A DNA stretch of 23,895 nt from Sulfurimonadaceae bacterium (lineage in GTDB: Bacteria > Campylobacterota > Campylobacteria > Campylobacterales > Sulfurimonadaceae): contig JBFESZ010000025.1 in assembly GCA_041548245.1 (NCBI GenBank), forward strand, positions 1-23,895, read 5' to 3'. Numbering within the stretch: the first letter of the stretch is position 1; every line of letters starts with the position of its first letter. The notes under the pieces were generated by a model. The model saw only the letters and a program-made list of their open reading frames with translations, ran no database searches and was not told the DNA's origin. A program made the translations under genes and the position numbers. Shown piece after piece: positions 1 through 8,190 of this stretch.

Positions 1-2
1 GA

Positions 3-779
3 AAAGTTGTTGAAAGAGGTACAATGGGTAAATCTGCACTCTATGTACCAGTTGATACGAATATTATCTTAGAGATGACAGCACCAATCGATGATGTTAT
101 CCACGCATTCTATATTCCAGCTATGCGTATTAAAGAGGATGTTGTTCCGGGTCGTATAACAAAACAGTGGTTTAACGCTGGTACAGTAGGTGAATATGAA
201 GTTGAGTGTGCTGAGTACTGTGGTACGGATCACTCATATATGTATTCTAGACTTGTAGTACTTCCAAAAGCTGAATATGAAGCATGGTTCAATAGCAGTG
301 AAGATACACCAAAAGGTAACTATGCGAAATCAGGTGATGCAGTATTACAACTACATGGATGTAAAAGCTGTCATGCAATTACAACGGACAAGGTACTTGT
401 TGGACCTTCGCTTAACACTAGAACCTTGACTAAAGAGCAAGTATTGGATGTGATCAATAATGGTCAAAACAAACTTGGTTATGCTATGGGTGAAATGCCA
501 GCTGGTTTAGCTACAGGTGCAGATGCTGAAGAGATCGCGGCTTATGTGGCTGGTGGTATGAAAGGTGATCAGCCTGCTTCATTTGCAGCATGTAGTTCAT
601 GTCATGGTGAAGATGGTAAGGGTCAGTATGGTACAGCTCCAAGTCTTGTAAGCTACGATGTAGACCTTTTACGTAATGTATTGAAAAATGGTAAAAAAGG
701 TATGATAGGCAATATGCCAGCATTTCCTTATGTGTCAGACGAAGAAGTTTCAGCAATTGCTGAACATCTTAACAAGTAA
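3..779 (+). CDS. coxB: Cytochrome c oxidase subunit II (CuA) with two C-terminal c-type haem domains; 5'-truncated by the window edge
   Basis: The frame is open from base 3 (KVVERGT-MGK...). CuA ligands: 'DVIHAF' and 'CAEYCGTDHSYM' (C-x-E-x-C-x3-H-x2-M). Two CxxCH motifs (CKSCH at 360-374, CSSCH at 591-605), each followed by a likely axial Met ('GEMP', 'GNMP'). Confidence 0.93.
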   Translation, partial: KVVERGTMGKSALYVPVDTNIILEMTAPIDDVIHAFYIPAMRIKEDVVPGRITKQWFNAGTVGEYEVECAEYCGTDHSYMYSRLVVLPKAEYEAWFNSSEDTPKGNYAKSGDAVLQLHGCKSCHAITTDKVLVGPSLNTRTLTKEQVLDVINNGQNKLGYAMGEMPAGLATGADAEEIAAYVAGGMKGDQPASFAACSSCHGEDGKGQYGTAPSLVSYDVDLLRNVLKNGKKGMIGNMPAFPYVSDEEVSAIAEHLNK

Positions 780-782
780 AAA

Positions 783-1649
783 ATGATTAAGGATTTTTTA
801 GTTCTTACAAAATTTGTACTCTCTTTCGCAGTGAGTCTCTCCGCTCTCTTTGCCTATATGATGGCAAAGGGGGAGGCCGGAGCAGACATGTTTATCGCAA
901 CTTTCGCAGTACTACTTGTCGCATTGGGTGTTTCGGCAATCAATGAGGTTCAAGAATATAAAGAAGATGCAAAGATGGAACGGACTAAACACCGTCCCAT
1001 CGCTTCAGGTAAATGGTCTCCTCGTACGGGACTTGCGATTGCCGGAGTACTGATTTTAAGTTCATTGATTTTGATTTATGACCTGCTGGGTTTCGCAGGT
1101 TTGAACCTGATTCTCTTCTCGTTTATCTGGTATAACGGTTTTTACACACCGTTAAAAAAGAAAAGTGCCCTGGCAGTTGTACCAGGTGCTTTACTTGGTG
1201 TTGTTCCTCCGGCAATCGGATGGTTGACAGCAGGGCACAGTTTATACGAACATGAGTTTTATGCTCTGGGCCTGTTCTATTTTATTTGGCAGGTTCCACA
1301 CTTCTGGCTTCTTGTGATGTTTCATCATGGGGAGTACAAGGGTGCTGGTTATCCAACAGCACTGCGACTGTTTGGAAGAAACTCACTGCAGCGTCTTACC
1401 TTTATATGGATGCTGTTTACAATTCAGGCCGGAGTCTATCTGGCAAGTGTATTTGTTATATCAAGTACAGTGATTTTTTATCTATTGATACTTGCAGCTA
1501 TTCTTTGTTTTATAAGTAGTCTGCAGCTGTTATATAAGAATTTTGAGTTGACGCACGCACGTAAAGTTTTCATGCAGTTTAATCTTCTCTTCTTGAGTAC
1601 GATTATATTGATTACAATCGATGTCATGCTTGAGCATTCTGCCATGTAA
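783..1649 (+). CDS. cyoE: Protoheme IX farnesyltransferase (haem O synthase, UbiA family)
   Basis: Polytopic membrane protein with 'NEVQEYKEDAKMERTKHRPIASG', 'YTPLKK', 'GVVPPAIGW' and 'FIWQVPHF' motifs. Starts 3 bp after the oxidase subunit II stop. Confidence 0.93.
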   Translation: MIKDFLVLTKFVLSFAVSLSALFAYMMAKGEAGADMFIATFAVLLVALGVSAINEVQEYKEDAKMERTKHRPIASGKWSPRTGLAIAGVLILSSLILIYDLLGFAGLNLILFSFIWYNGFYTPLKKKSALAVVPGALLGVVPPAIGWLTAGHSLYEHEFYALGLFYFIWQVPHFWLLVMFHHGEYKGAGYPTALRLFGRNSLQRLTFIWMLFTIQAGVYLASVFVISSTVIFYLLILAAILCFISSLQLLYKNFELTHARKVFMQFNLLFLSTIILITIDVMLEHSAM

Positions 1650-1671
1650 ATCAAAGCTTCGGCTTTGATTT
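1648..1671 (+). terminator. Probable intrinsic terminator of the oxidase operon
   Basis: Perfect 10-bp stem AAATCAAAGC-TTCG-GCTTTGATTT with a C(UUCG)G tetraloop at the cyoE stop, followed by T-rich sequence. Confidence 0.75.
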
Positions 1672-1756
1672 GAAACTTTTCACTCCACCTCTTTTTCAAA
1701 GCTCAATTTGGTAAAACTTTTGTTATAGTTTTGTACAAATTTACGGAGTAGATCTA

Positions 1757-2287
1757 ATGGTACAACATTCTTTATCTTCAATTTTAAATACATTTTTTAA
1801 ATTCAAAAATTCTCATAATGCTAAGACATGTATCAGCAAACGTCTTATCTTTAACCAAGCCCCTATAGGAGGAATTAGCAGCAAGTTATTGATAGGCTTT
1901 TTCATGGCTTTGCCTTTTATAGAATATGCAGCCATATTTAACCCCTATGTTTTTAACTATTTAGGGATAGCACAAAGTATTGTTGTTTTTATTGTCCTGC
2001 TTGTCTTTTTGATGCAAATCATTTTTGTACTTATATGGTTTAATAATAAAAAGGCCTTTTCAAGGTTGGAAAGTTCCTGGGAAAGTTATTTTCCTGGTGT
2101 TGATCTTAAATTGGTCCTTTCATCCGGTGTCAGCCCTTATAATGATTTTTATAAGGCATATTGCGAGGCTGTATTGACATCATCAAATGATGAACACCTG
2201 CATCAAGCTTTAAGCAATGCCTTTACTCTTATGCAAGATGAGAACAGAGAGTTGCTTGATGCGATCAACCGGGACAAAAACTCATAG
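1757..2287 (+). CDS. Hypothetical inner-membrane protein (two predicted TM segments)
   Basis: 176-aa ORF with GGAG SD and TGtTATAGT extended -10 at 1721-1729. Hydrophobic stretches LLIGFFMALPFIEYAAIF and IVVFIVLLVFLMQIIFVLIWF. No family recognised. Confidence 0.75.
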   Translation: MVQHSLSSILNTFFKFKNSHNAKTCISKRLIFNQAPIGGISSKLLIGFFMALPFIEYAAIFNPYVFNYLGIAQSIVVFIVLLVFLMQIIFVLIWFNNKKAFSRLESSWESYFPGVDLKLVLSSGVSPYNDFYKAYCEAVLTSSNDEHLHQALSNAFTLMQDENRELLDAINRDKNS

Positions 2288-2401
2288 CAATATTTTGTTG
2301 AATTTGAATCAAGCTTTATGGCCTTTCATAAACCAATCACATCAGCATAGACTTAGGGTGCTGTTAGTATCATATATTAAATAGAAGGAGAGGGCGAAAC
2401 A

Positions 2402-2662
2402 ATGGAAAATGAGACTATTATTTATGTTGTCGTAGGCTTTTTACTCCTCATAACATTGATTCGCAGGGAGATGTTAAAGCCACCCGTAAAAAAAGTTGAC
2501 AGAAGAAATGGCGAACGTCGTCATGATGATCACCGCAGGTCGACAATGGGAAGACGCAAGCATGATTATAACGAAGGACGCGAGGAATCAGATAGGCGTA
2601 ATAAAGAGGACAGGCGCACAGGTCAGCCAGACAGACGTCACAGAGAACGCCGCCATTCATAG
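2402..2662 (+). CDS. Small single-pass membrane protein with an Arg-rich tandem [D/E]RR tail
   Basis: AAGGAG SD upstream and TGtTAGTAT -10 at 2362-2370. N-terminal TM (IIYVVVGFLLLITLI) followed by eight xRR units. Confidence 0.75.
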   Translation: MENETIIYVVVGFLLLITLIRREMLKPPVKKVDRRNGERRHDDHRRSTMGRRKHDYNEGREESDRRNKEDRRTGQPDRRHRERRHS

Positions 2663-2670
2663 GCTGAGTG

Positions 2671-3039
2671 CTATAGCGTTTTGAGACTCTTTATAAGTTG
2701 TTGATAAAAGGGCTCACAATCAGGAAGTTGAAGGTCTGATTCTCTTTGTTTTTCTCCCCACATAGGTTCAGGAAAAAACGCATCTTTTTCAAATCGAGCC
2801 ATGACATGGATATGAAGATGCGGAAGGTAGTTTCCAAAAGCTGCTATGTTTATTTTTTTGGGGTTATAGTAAGAACGCATCTGCTCCTCGATTAGCTCCA
2901 TAACTTCATAGAGTGTTGTTCTAAGCGGTTTAGGGACATCAGTAAGCTCTTTGTAGGCCTTGGTGGTAAATATCTTTAACCAGGGTATTTCACTCTCATG
3001 TACCTCTATATAATAATCCGGATGTTTGTAAATAATCAT
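2671..3039 (-). CDS. HIT (histidine triad) family nucleotide hydrolase
   Basis: 'NIAAFGNYLPHLHIHV' = H-x-H-x-H triad; 122 aa. TATAAT on the minus strand at 3069-3074. Confidence 0.9.
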   Translation of the reverse strand: MIIYKHPDYYIEVHESEIPWLKIFTTKAYKELTDVPKPLRTTLYEVMELIEEQMRSYYNPKKINIAAFGNYLPHLHIHVMARFEKDAFFPEPMWGEKQRESDLQLPDCEPFYQQLIKSLKTL

Positions 3040-3100
3040 ATTTAGACTTTAGTGTTAAGTTAGAAAGGATTATAGGATAAAAAGAGGAAAAAAGTGAATG

Positions 3101-3124
3101 TCAAAAGAGGTTATTCTCTTTTGA
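3101..3124 (-). terminator. Probable intrinsic terminator downstream of the DEAD-box helicase
   Basis: 9-bp inverted repeat TCAAAAGAG-N6-CTCTTTTGA about 10 nt after the helicase stop. A U-tract follows on the minus strand. Confidence 0.6.
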
Positions 3125-3133
3125 ATCGGTGGA

Positions 3134-4651
3134 TTAGTAACGTTCGCGACTTCCGCCACCACTGCGACCACGTCCGGCTCCATCACGTTGACTGCGATGG
3201 CCTCCGCCACTGCGACGGTTTCCACCGCTACGGTTACCGCGATAACCACCGCCACGACGGCTGCCACTGCGGCTACTGCTACGTGAATCAATACGTGCGA
3301 GTATTTTAGCCAGTTTCTCTTCGTCAATACCGATGTGCTCAGGTCCTTTTACAGGCTCTTTTTTCAAGAGAACAGAGATGACTTTGTGCAGAGCTGTCTC
3401 ATGATCACACGAGTCGCCAATCGCCTCTACGATCTGATGGGCCTCATCAAAGACCTTCTGTTTGATAATTTCATCAGCAAGTGAGCCTAAACGCCCTTTG
3501 ATTACCTGATTTTTAGTCGGGATAAAGCACTGCTCCATCGTTGTACCGACTTTTTGTTTGATGCGTTGAAGCTCTTTAAACTCATGTGGCGTAACCAGTG
3601 TAATAGCGACACCTTTACTGCCGGCACGTCCAGTTCTACCTATACGGTGCACATAAGACTCGGGATCAAAAGGAATGTGATAGTTGATGACATGAGAAAC
3701 ATCATTCACATGGATACCACGAGCAGCCACATCCGTGGCAACAAGGACGTCGATAGCTTCAGATTTAAAGCCTTTGATTACTGCTTCACGTTGGTCCTGC
3801 TCCATATCTCCATGAAGGCCTTTTGCTGAATAACCTGCAGCTGAAAGAACATTGGATACACGATCGACTTCACGCTTCATACGACAAAAGACAACAGTTT
3901 TGTTTGTTTCATCAGCATCAAGCAGACGGATCATAGCATCATCACGCTCATTTTCATCGATCACATAATAGTTCTGAGAAATATTGGTGTTCGTCGTCTC
4001 CTCTTTCGTGATAGAGATATAAGTCGGTTCTTTCAAGATACGATCGGCAAGCTTCTTGATTGGCGCAGGCATAGTCGCCGAGAAGAGTAGTGTCTGTCTA
4101 TCTTTTGGAAGATGCTCAAAAATTTCATTGATATCATCTAAAAAGCCCATATCAAGCATCTCATCTGCTTCATCAAGTATGACCATCTTAGGTGAAAAGT
4201 CCTTGATCATATTCTTAGTCAGCATATCCAAAAGACGGCCAGGTGTTGCGACAACGATCTGTGCACCACGACGGACCAGATCGACTTGACGGCTGTATGA
4301 ACGTCCGCCGTAAATCGTTACCGTACGAACATGTGAATTACGGCCATAGAGATAAAGCTCATCCGATACCTGATTCGCAAGTTCACGTGTAGGGGTAATA
4401 ACAAGGACCTGAACACCTTCGCCTTTGATAGCGTTGATAGCAGGCAGACCAAAGGCTGCGGTTTTACCCGTACCTGTGTGAGCCTGAGCGACAACATCTT
4501 TACCTGACATTACGACAGGAATAGCTTGTTCTTGGATTGGAGAGGGGACTTTAAAGCCTACTGCGGCGATTGATTTGTTAAGACTTTCGTTAAAGTTGAA
4601 TTGATCGAAAGTGGATTGAATTGTCTGATTACCAGAAATTTCATTTGACAT
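3134..4651 (-). CDS. DEAD-box ATP-dependent RNA helicase (DeaD/CshA-like) with an R/G/S-rich C-terminal tail
   Basis: Q motif (GFKVPSPIQ), AHTGTGKT, PTRELA, TPGRL, DEAD, SAT, ARGIH, YVHRIGRTGRAG; low-complexity RGG tail. Confidence 0.96.
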   Translation of the reverse strand: MSNEISGNQTIQSTFDQFNFNESLNKSIAAVGFKVPSPIQEQAIPVVMSGKDVVAQAHTGTGKTAAFGLPAINAIKGEGVQVLVITPTRELANQVSDELYLYGRNSHVRTVTIYGGRSYSRQVDLVRRGAQIVVATPGRLLDMLTKNMIKDFSPKMVILDEADEMLDMGFLDDINEIFEHLPKDRQTLLFSATMPAPIKKLADRILKEPTYISITKEETTNTNISQNYYVIDENERDDAMIRLLDADETNKTVVFCRMKREVDRVSNVLSAAGYSAKGLHGDMEQDQREAVIKGFKSEAIDVLVATDVAARGIHVNDVSHVINYHIPFDPESYVHRIGRTGRAGSKGVAITLVTPHEFKELQRIKQKVGTTMEQCFIPTKNQVIKGRLGSLADEIIKQKVFDEAHQIVEAIGDSCDHETALHKVISVLLKKEPVKGPEHIGIDEEKLAKILARIDSRSSSRSGSRRGGGYRGNRSGGNRRSGGGHRSQRDGAGRGRSGGGSRERY

Positions 4652-4730
4652 TGAGTACCTTTAATGTGTGAGACTATTCATTCACTCACAAAGGCTTTTC
4701 CCGCATGATTAAAACTTAGTCTCAAGTTTA

Positions 4731-4736
4731 ATTTTA
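4731..4736 (-). promoter_or_regulatory. Putative sigma70 -10 box for the DEAD-box helicase
   Basis: Minus strand reads TTTAAGTACAATTCG-TAAAAT, about 80 nt upstream of the ATG. Confidence 0.5.
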
Positions 4737-4824
4737 CGAATTGTACTTAAACTATACTAATAACTAGCATAAGTGTAACTATTAGTAATTAACCCAACAT
4801 TAGATTAATAATATCTATTTTCAG

Positions 4825-4830
4825 TATAAT
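4825..4830 (+). promoter_or_regulatory. Putative -10 box for rmuC and the downstream kinase
   Basis: TATAAT 29 nt upstream of the rmuC ATG; AGGA SD before the start. Confidence 0.55.
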
Positions 4831-4859
4831 GAGCAATATAGAAAATAGCAGGAAATTTT

Positions 4860-6257
4860 ATGGATTATATTGCAATTATAGGCTCGGTTTCAGGGGCTTT
4901 TCTTGGAATCAGTATGACCTATGTCATCTTATCTTCCAAGATGAAAGTTCAAGAAGAACAGCTTGTGCGTTTCGGACAAGACAAAGAAGATTTGGAAAAC
5001 ACATTAGACAATTTACAAAGCAGGTTTGAAACACTGCGCGAAGAGAACCTTGGGATCCAGACTATGCTTTCAGCTATTGAAGCTGAAAAAGAGATGCTCA
5101 AAGATCAGGTGAAGTCCCTTAAGATAGTAGAAGATAAGTATGCCGATTCAGTCGCTCAGGTATCGGAACTGCGTGTACGTTTGGAAGAGGAAAGGAGTCA
5201 AAACGGCGAGAAGATTGCCTTGCTAAAGCAGGCGGAAGAAGAGATGAAACTTCAGTTCTCCAAATTAGCCAATGAGATATTCGAGCAGAAGTCGAAGATA
5301 CATGCCGAGCAGAACCGTCTGCAGCTTGATACTATACTTAAACCTTTTCAGGAACAGGTCAATGCTTTTGGAAAAAAGATCGAAGAGAACTATATCACGG
5401 AGACAAAAGAGCGGCATCTCTTAAAAGATCAGATCATACAGCTACGCTCTTTAAACGAGCGTCTCAGTGATGATGCCAACAATCTAACCAAAGCACTAAA
5501 GGGCGAGAACAAAACTCAGGGAAACTGGGGAGAACTGATACTCGAGAAGATATTGGAGAGTTCAGGGTTGCGTCCGGGGTATGAGTATGAGATACAAGGT
5601 TCGTATAAAGATGAGAAGGGTAAACTCTATAGACCCGATGTCCTGGTACATCTTCCAGATGATAAAGATATCATTATCGATTCCAAGGTCTCTTTGGTCG
5701 CTTACGAACACTATGTGAGTGCTGAGCAAGAGGCTGATAAACTCAATGCTCTCAAACAGCATGTGGCTTCCGTCCGTGCACATATAAAAGGGTTGAGTGA
5801 GAAGAAGTATGAGGAGCTTCCAGGTCTGAAGAGCCTTGACTTTGTCCTTTTGTTCATGCCGATTGAGGGTGCGTACATGTTAGCCTTGGAGCAGGACTCG
5901 AACTTCTTTCAAGAGGCGATTAAACAGAACATCATGGTTGTAGGGCCATCAACCTTATTGGTTACGTTACGTACGATAGAGTATATCTGGCGTAATGAGA
6001 GACAGGAACAAAATGCACAGGAGATCGCGGAAAAAGCAGCAGCTCTGTATGACAAGTTTGTCGGTTTTGTAGATGATATGGAAAAGATCGGAGGACAATT
6101 GTCAAAAACCCAGGATACGTATAATGATGCGATGAAGAAACTCAGTACCGGGACAGGAAATCTCATCAAACGAACTGAAGACATGAAAAAACTGGGAATC
6201 AAGACGAAGAAGCAGATAAATAATTCATTGATTGAAAAGGCACAGATTGATGAGTAA
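4860..6257 (+). CDS. rmuC: DNA recombination protein RmuC
   Basis: N-terminal TM, long coiled coil, 'KTQGNWGELILEKILESSGL', 'RPDVLVHLP...IIIDSKVSL', 'LDFVLLFMPIEGA', 'GPSTLLVTLRTI'. Confidence 0.95.
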   Translation: MDYIAIIGSVSGAFLGISMTYVILSSKMKVQEEQLVRFGQDKEDLENTLDNLQSRFETLREENLGIQTMLSAIEAEKEMLKDQVKSLKIVEDKYADSVAQVSELRVRLEEERSQNGEKIALLKQAEEEMKLQFSKLANEIFEQKSKIHAEQNRLQLDTILKPFQEQVNAFGKKIEENYITETKERHLLKDQIIQLRSLNERLSDDANNLTKALKGENKTQGNWGELILEKILESSGLRPGYEYEIQGSYKDEKGKLYRPDVLVHLPDDKDIIIDSKVSLVAYEHYVSAEQEADKLNALKQHVASVRAHIKGLSEKKYEELPGLKSLDFVLLFMPIEGAYMLALEQDSNFFQEAIKQNIMVVGPSTLLVTLRTIEYIWRNERQEQNAQEIAEKAAALYDKFVGFVDDMEKIGGQLSKTQDTYNDAMKKLSTGTGNLIKRTEDMKKLGIKTKKQINNSLIEKAQIDE

Positions 6258-8190
6258 CTTCATCCGCGAAAAAAACATTCCGCGTCTGATGATTATTGTC
6301 CCTGTGCTTGCGACGATCATACTGACAGTTCTGATTGTTTATTTTTATATCTCCTATCGTCATCAGCATTTTAAAGTCGAAAGTGAACGTTTGAAGCAAG
6401 AGTATATCGTCAGTGAAAAACAAAAACTGCAAGAGCGTTTGCAGTCACTGTATCTTTTGATCAATACCAAGCATCAAAACATGCAGATTCCGATGGAACA
6501 AGAACTGATATCACGTATTAACATTGCTTATGACACAGCGACCTATCTTCATAACAGGTATTCACGAGGTTATAACGAACAGGCAGTGAAGATGCTGATA
6601 CTTGGTGCTCTCTCTCGTATGGAGTGGAACAATAAAAAGGATTTTATCTGGGTGACGGATAAGAATGGGAATAATCTTCTCGCCCGGCAAAAAGAGTTTC
6701 AGAGAAATCTTCTTGATTATCAGGATGCTGATGGACGTTACATTATAAAAGAGGAGATAGAGGCTGTCAATAAATATAAAGAGGCGTTTTTGAAGAGTCG
6801 TTTTGATCCAAAAAGACCTCTTGTGCAGTTGATGTATCTCAAAGACTTTGGGCATTATGGCTGGTTCTTTGGTACAGGTATGCACTATTATGATGAATAT
6901 GAACGCATTAAAAAAGGTATCATATCCACACTTTCTGCAATACAGACAGACCCAGATGAATACTTTTATATCGTTAACTCAGAAGGCAGGATCATCTATC
7001 ATCCTGAGATGGAGCTAAATTCCAATATTTTGGAGTTGAAAGATCAAAACGGTTTCGCTTATATCAAAGCACAGCTGAAGAGTTCGATCAACAACAATGG
7101 TGAATATATCACTTATGTTTCCAAGTCCAGAAGATATAATCAATACTCTCAAAAAACGACATTGAGTTATTACTTTAAACCTTTTGACTGGGTGATTACG
7201 ACAGGTTTTTATGCCTTGAATATTCAAAAGGCGATTGATAAGCAGCAGGCCCAACTCAAAGATGAGATTGAAAAAGAGATCAAGACCATTGTTCTCTTCT
7301 CTTCTATTCTTGCCATCTTCGTCATTTTTTTGACACTGGCTCTTTCACGTCGGATCAGTGAAATATTTATTAACTACCAGCAGCGCGTCAAGGAACGCGA
7401 GAGTGCTCTGCGCGAGTTAAACGACTCGCTTAAGGAGCGTGTTGCTCAGGAGGTAGAAGCGCAGCGTGAGAAAGAGAAGATGCTTGTGCAGCAGTCGAAG
7501 ATGGCGGCTATGGGCGATATGATATCCATGATCGCCCACCAATGGAGGCAGCCGCTTAATCAGATGTCGTATGTTATGATGAATATAGAAGGGGCTTATG
7601 AGGATAGGACACTTTCACGTGAATATCTGGATGAAAAGCTCAAAGAGGGTGAAAAGCTTTTAGAGTATATGTCACATACAATAGATGATTTCCGTGATTT
7701 CTTCAAACCGGATAAGGAAAAAGAAAAAGTCGAAGTCTGCAAACTGGTTGAGAGTGCTATCGGCCTTATTGAAAAAGGGTTGGAAAAAAACAATATCGAA
7801 CTTATCAGGGACTACGGATGTAGCAAGAAACTTCTTCTGTATAAGAATGAGATGATACAGGTCTTGCTGAATTTACTTAAAAATGCGCAGGAAGCTTTAG
7901 AGGGTGTTGAACCAGCAAAGATTACGGTAAAGGTCCATGAAGAGATGCCATATATCAGAATCTCAGTGGAAGATAATGGACATGGAATTTCTGAAGAGAA
8001 CATGGAAAAGATATTCGAGCCTTACTTCTCAACTAAAACGAATCATGGAACAGGGTTAGGACTATATATGTCAAGGATGATTATTCAAGAACATATGAAT
8101 GGGTCACTAAGGGTTGAAAGTACAGACAAAGGCACTGTTTTTATTATTGAACTCATCTATACAGAAGAGGAGGGTGACTTAGAGAATTAG
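6250..8190 (+). CDS. Sensor histidine kinase with two periplasmic Cache(2)-like domains
   Basis: Two TMs flank a periplasmic region with duplicated 'F(I/Y)..(D/N)..G....(D/E)..D..G...IK' units. H-box IAHQWRQPLN, N-box NLLKNA, G1 DNGHG, F-box IFEPYF, G2 GTGLGL. The ATG at 6250 overlapping the rmuC stop is preferred over the TTG at 6232. Confidence 0.92.
   Translation: MSNFIREKNIPRLMIIVPVLATIILTVLIVYFYISYRHQHFKVESERLKQEYIVSEKQKLQERLQSLYLLINTKHQNMQIPMEQELISRINIAYDTATYLHNRYSRGYNEQAVKMLILGALSRMEWNNKKDFIWVTDKNGNNLLARQKEFQRNLLDYQDADGRYIIKEEIEAVNKYKEAFLKSRFDPKRPLVQLMYLKDFGHYGWFFGTGMHYYDEYERIKKGIISTLSAIQTDPDEYFYIVNSEGRIIYHPEMELNSNILELKDQNGFAYIKAQLKSSINNNGEYITYVSKSRRYNQYSQKTTLSYYFKPFDWVITTGFYALNIQKAIDKQQAQLKDEIEKEIKTIVLFSSILAIFVIFLTLALSRRISEIFINYQQRVKERESALRELNDSLKERVAQEVEAQREKEKMLVQQSKMAAMGDMISMIAHQWRQPLNQMSYVMMNIEGAYEDRTLSREYLDEKLKEGEKLLEYMSHTIDDFRDFFKPDKEKEKVEVCKLVESAIGLIEKGLEKNNIELIRDYGCSKKLLLYKNEMIQVLLNLLKNAQEALEGVEPAKITVKVHEEMPYIRISVEDNGHGISEENMEKIFEPYFSTKTNHGTGLGLYMSRMIIQEHMNGSLRVESTDKGTVFIIELIYTEEEGDLEN

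Noticed and set aside
2315-2363. Two short hairpins (TTTATG/CATAAA; CAGCA/TGCTG) upstream of the [D/E]RR gene as a possible c-di-GMP riboswitch
   Set aside because: Stems are only 5-6 bp, there are no GEMM consensus elements, and they lie upstream of the predicted -10, so outside the likely transcript.
2448-2684. Alternative ORFs 2448..2660 (-) and 2496..2684 (+) over the [D/E]RR gene
   Set aside because: No SD or promoter support. The 2402 frame has both, plus a coherent TM-plus-tail design.
3070-3327. His/Cys-rich repetitive ORF 3094..3309 (+) and Val/Ala-rich ORF 3070..3327 (-)
   Set aside because: Both are alternative-frame shadows of the helicase's repetitive R/G/S tail; their odd composition follows directly from those codons.
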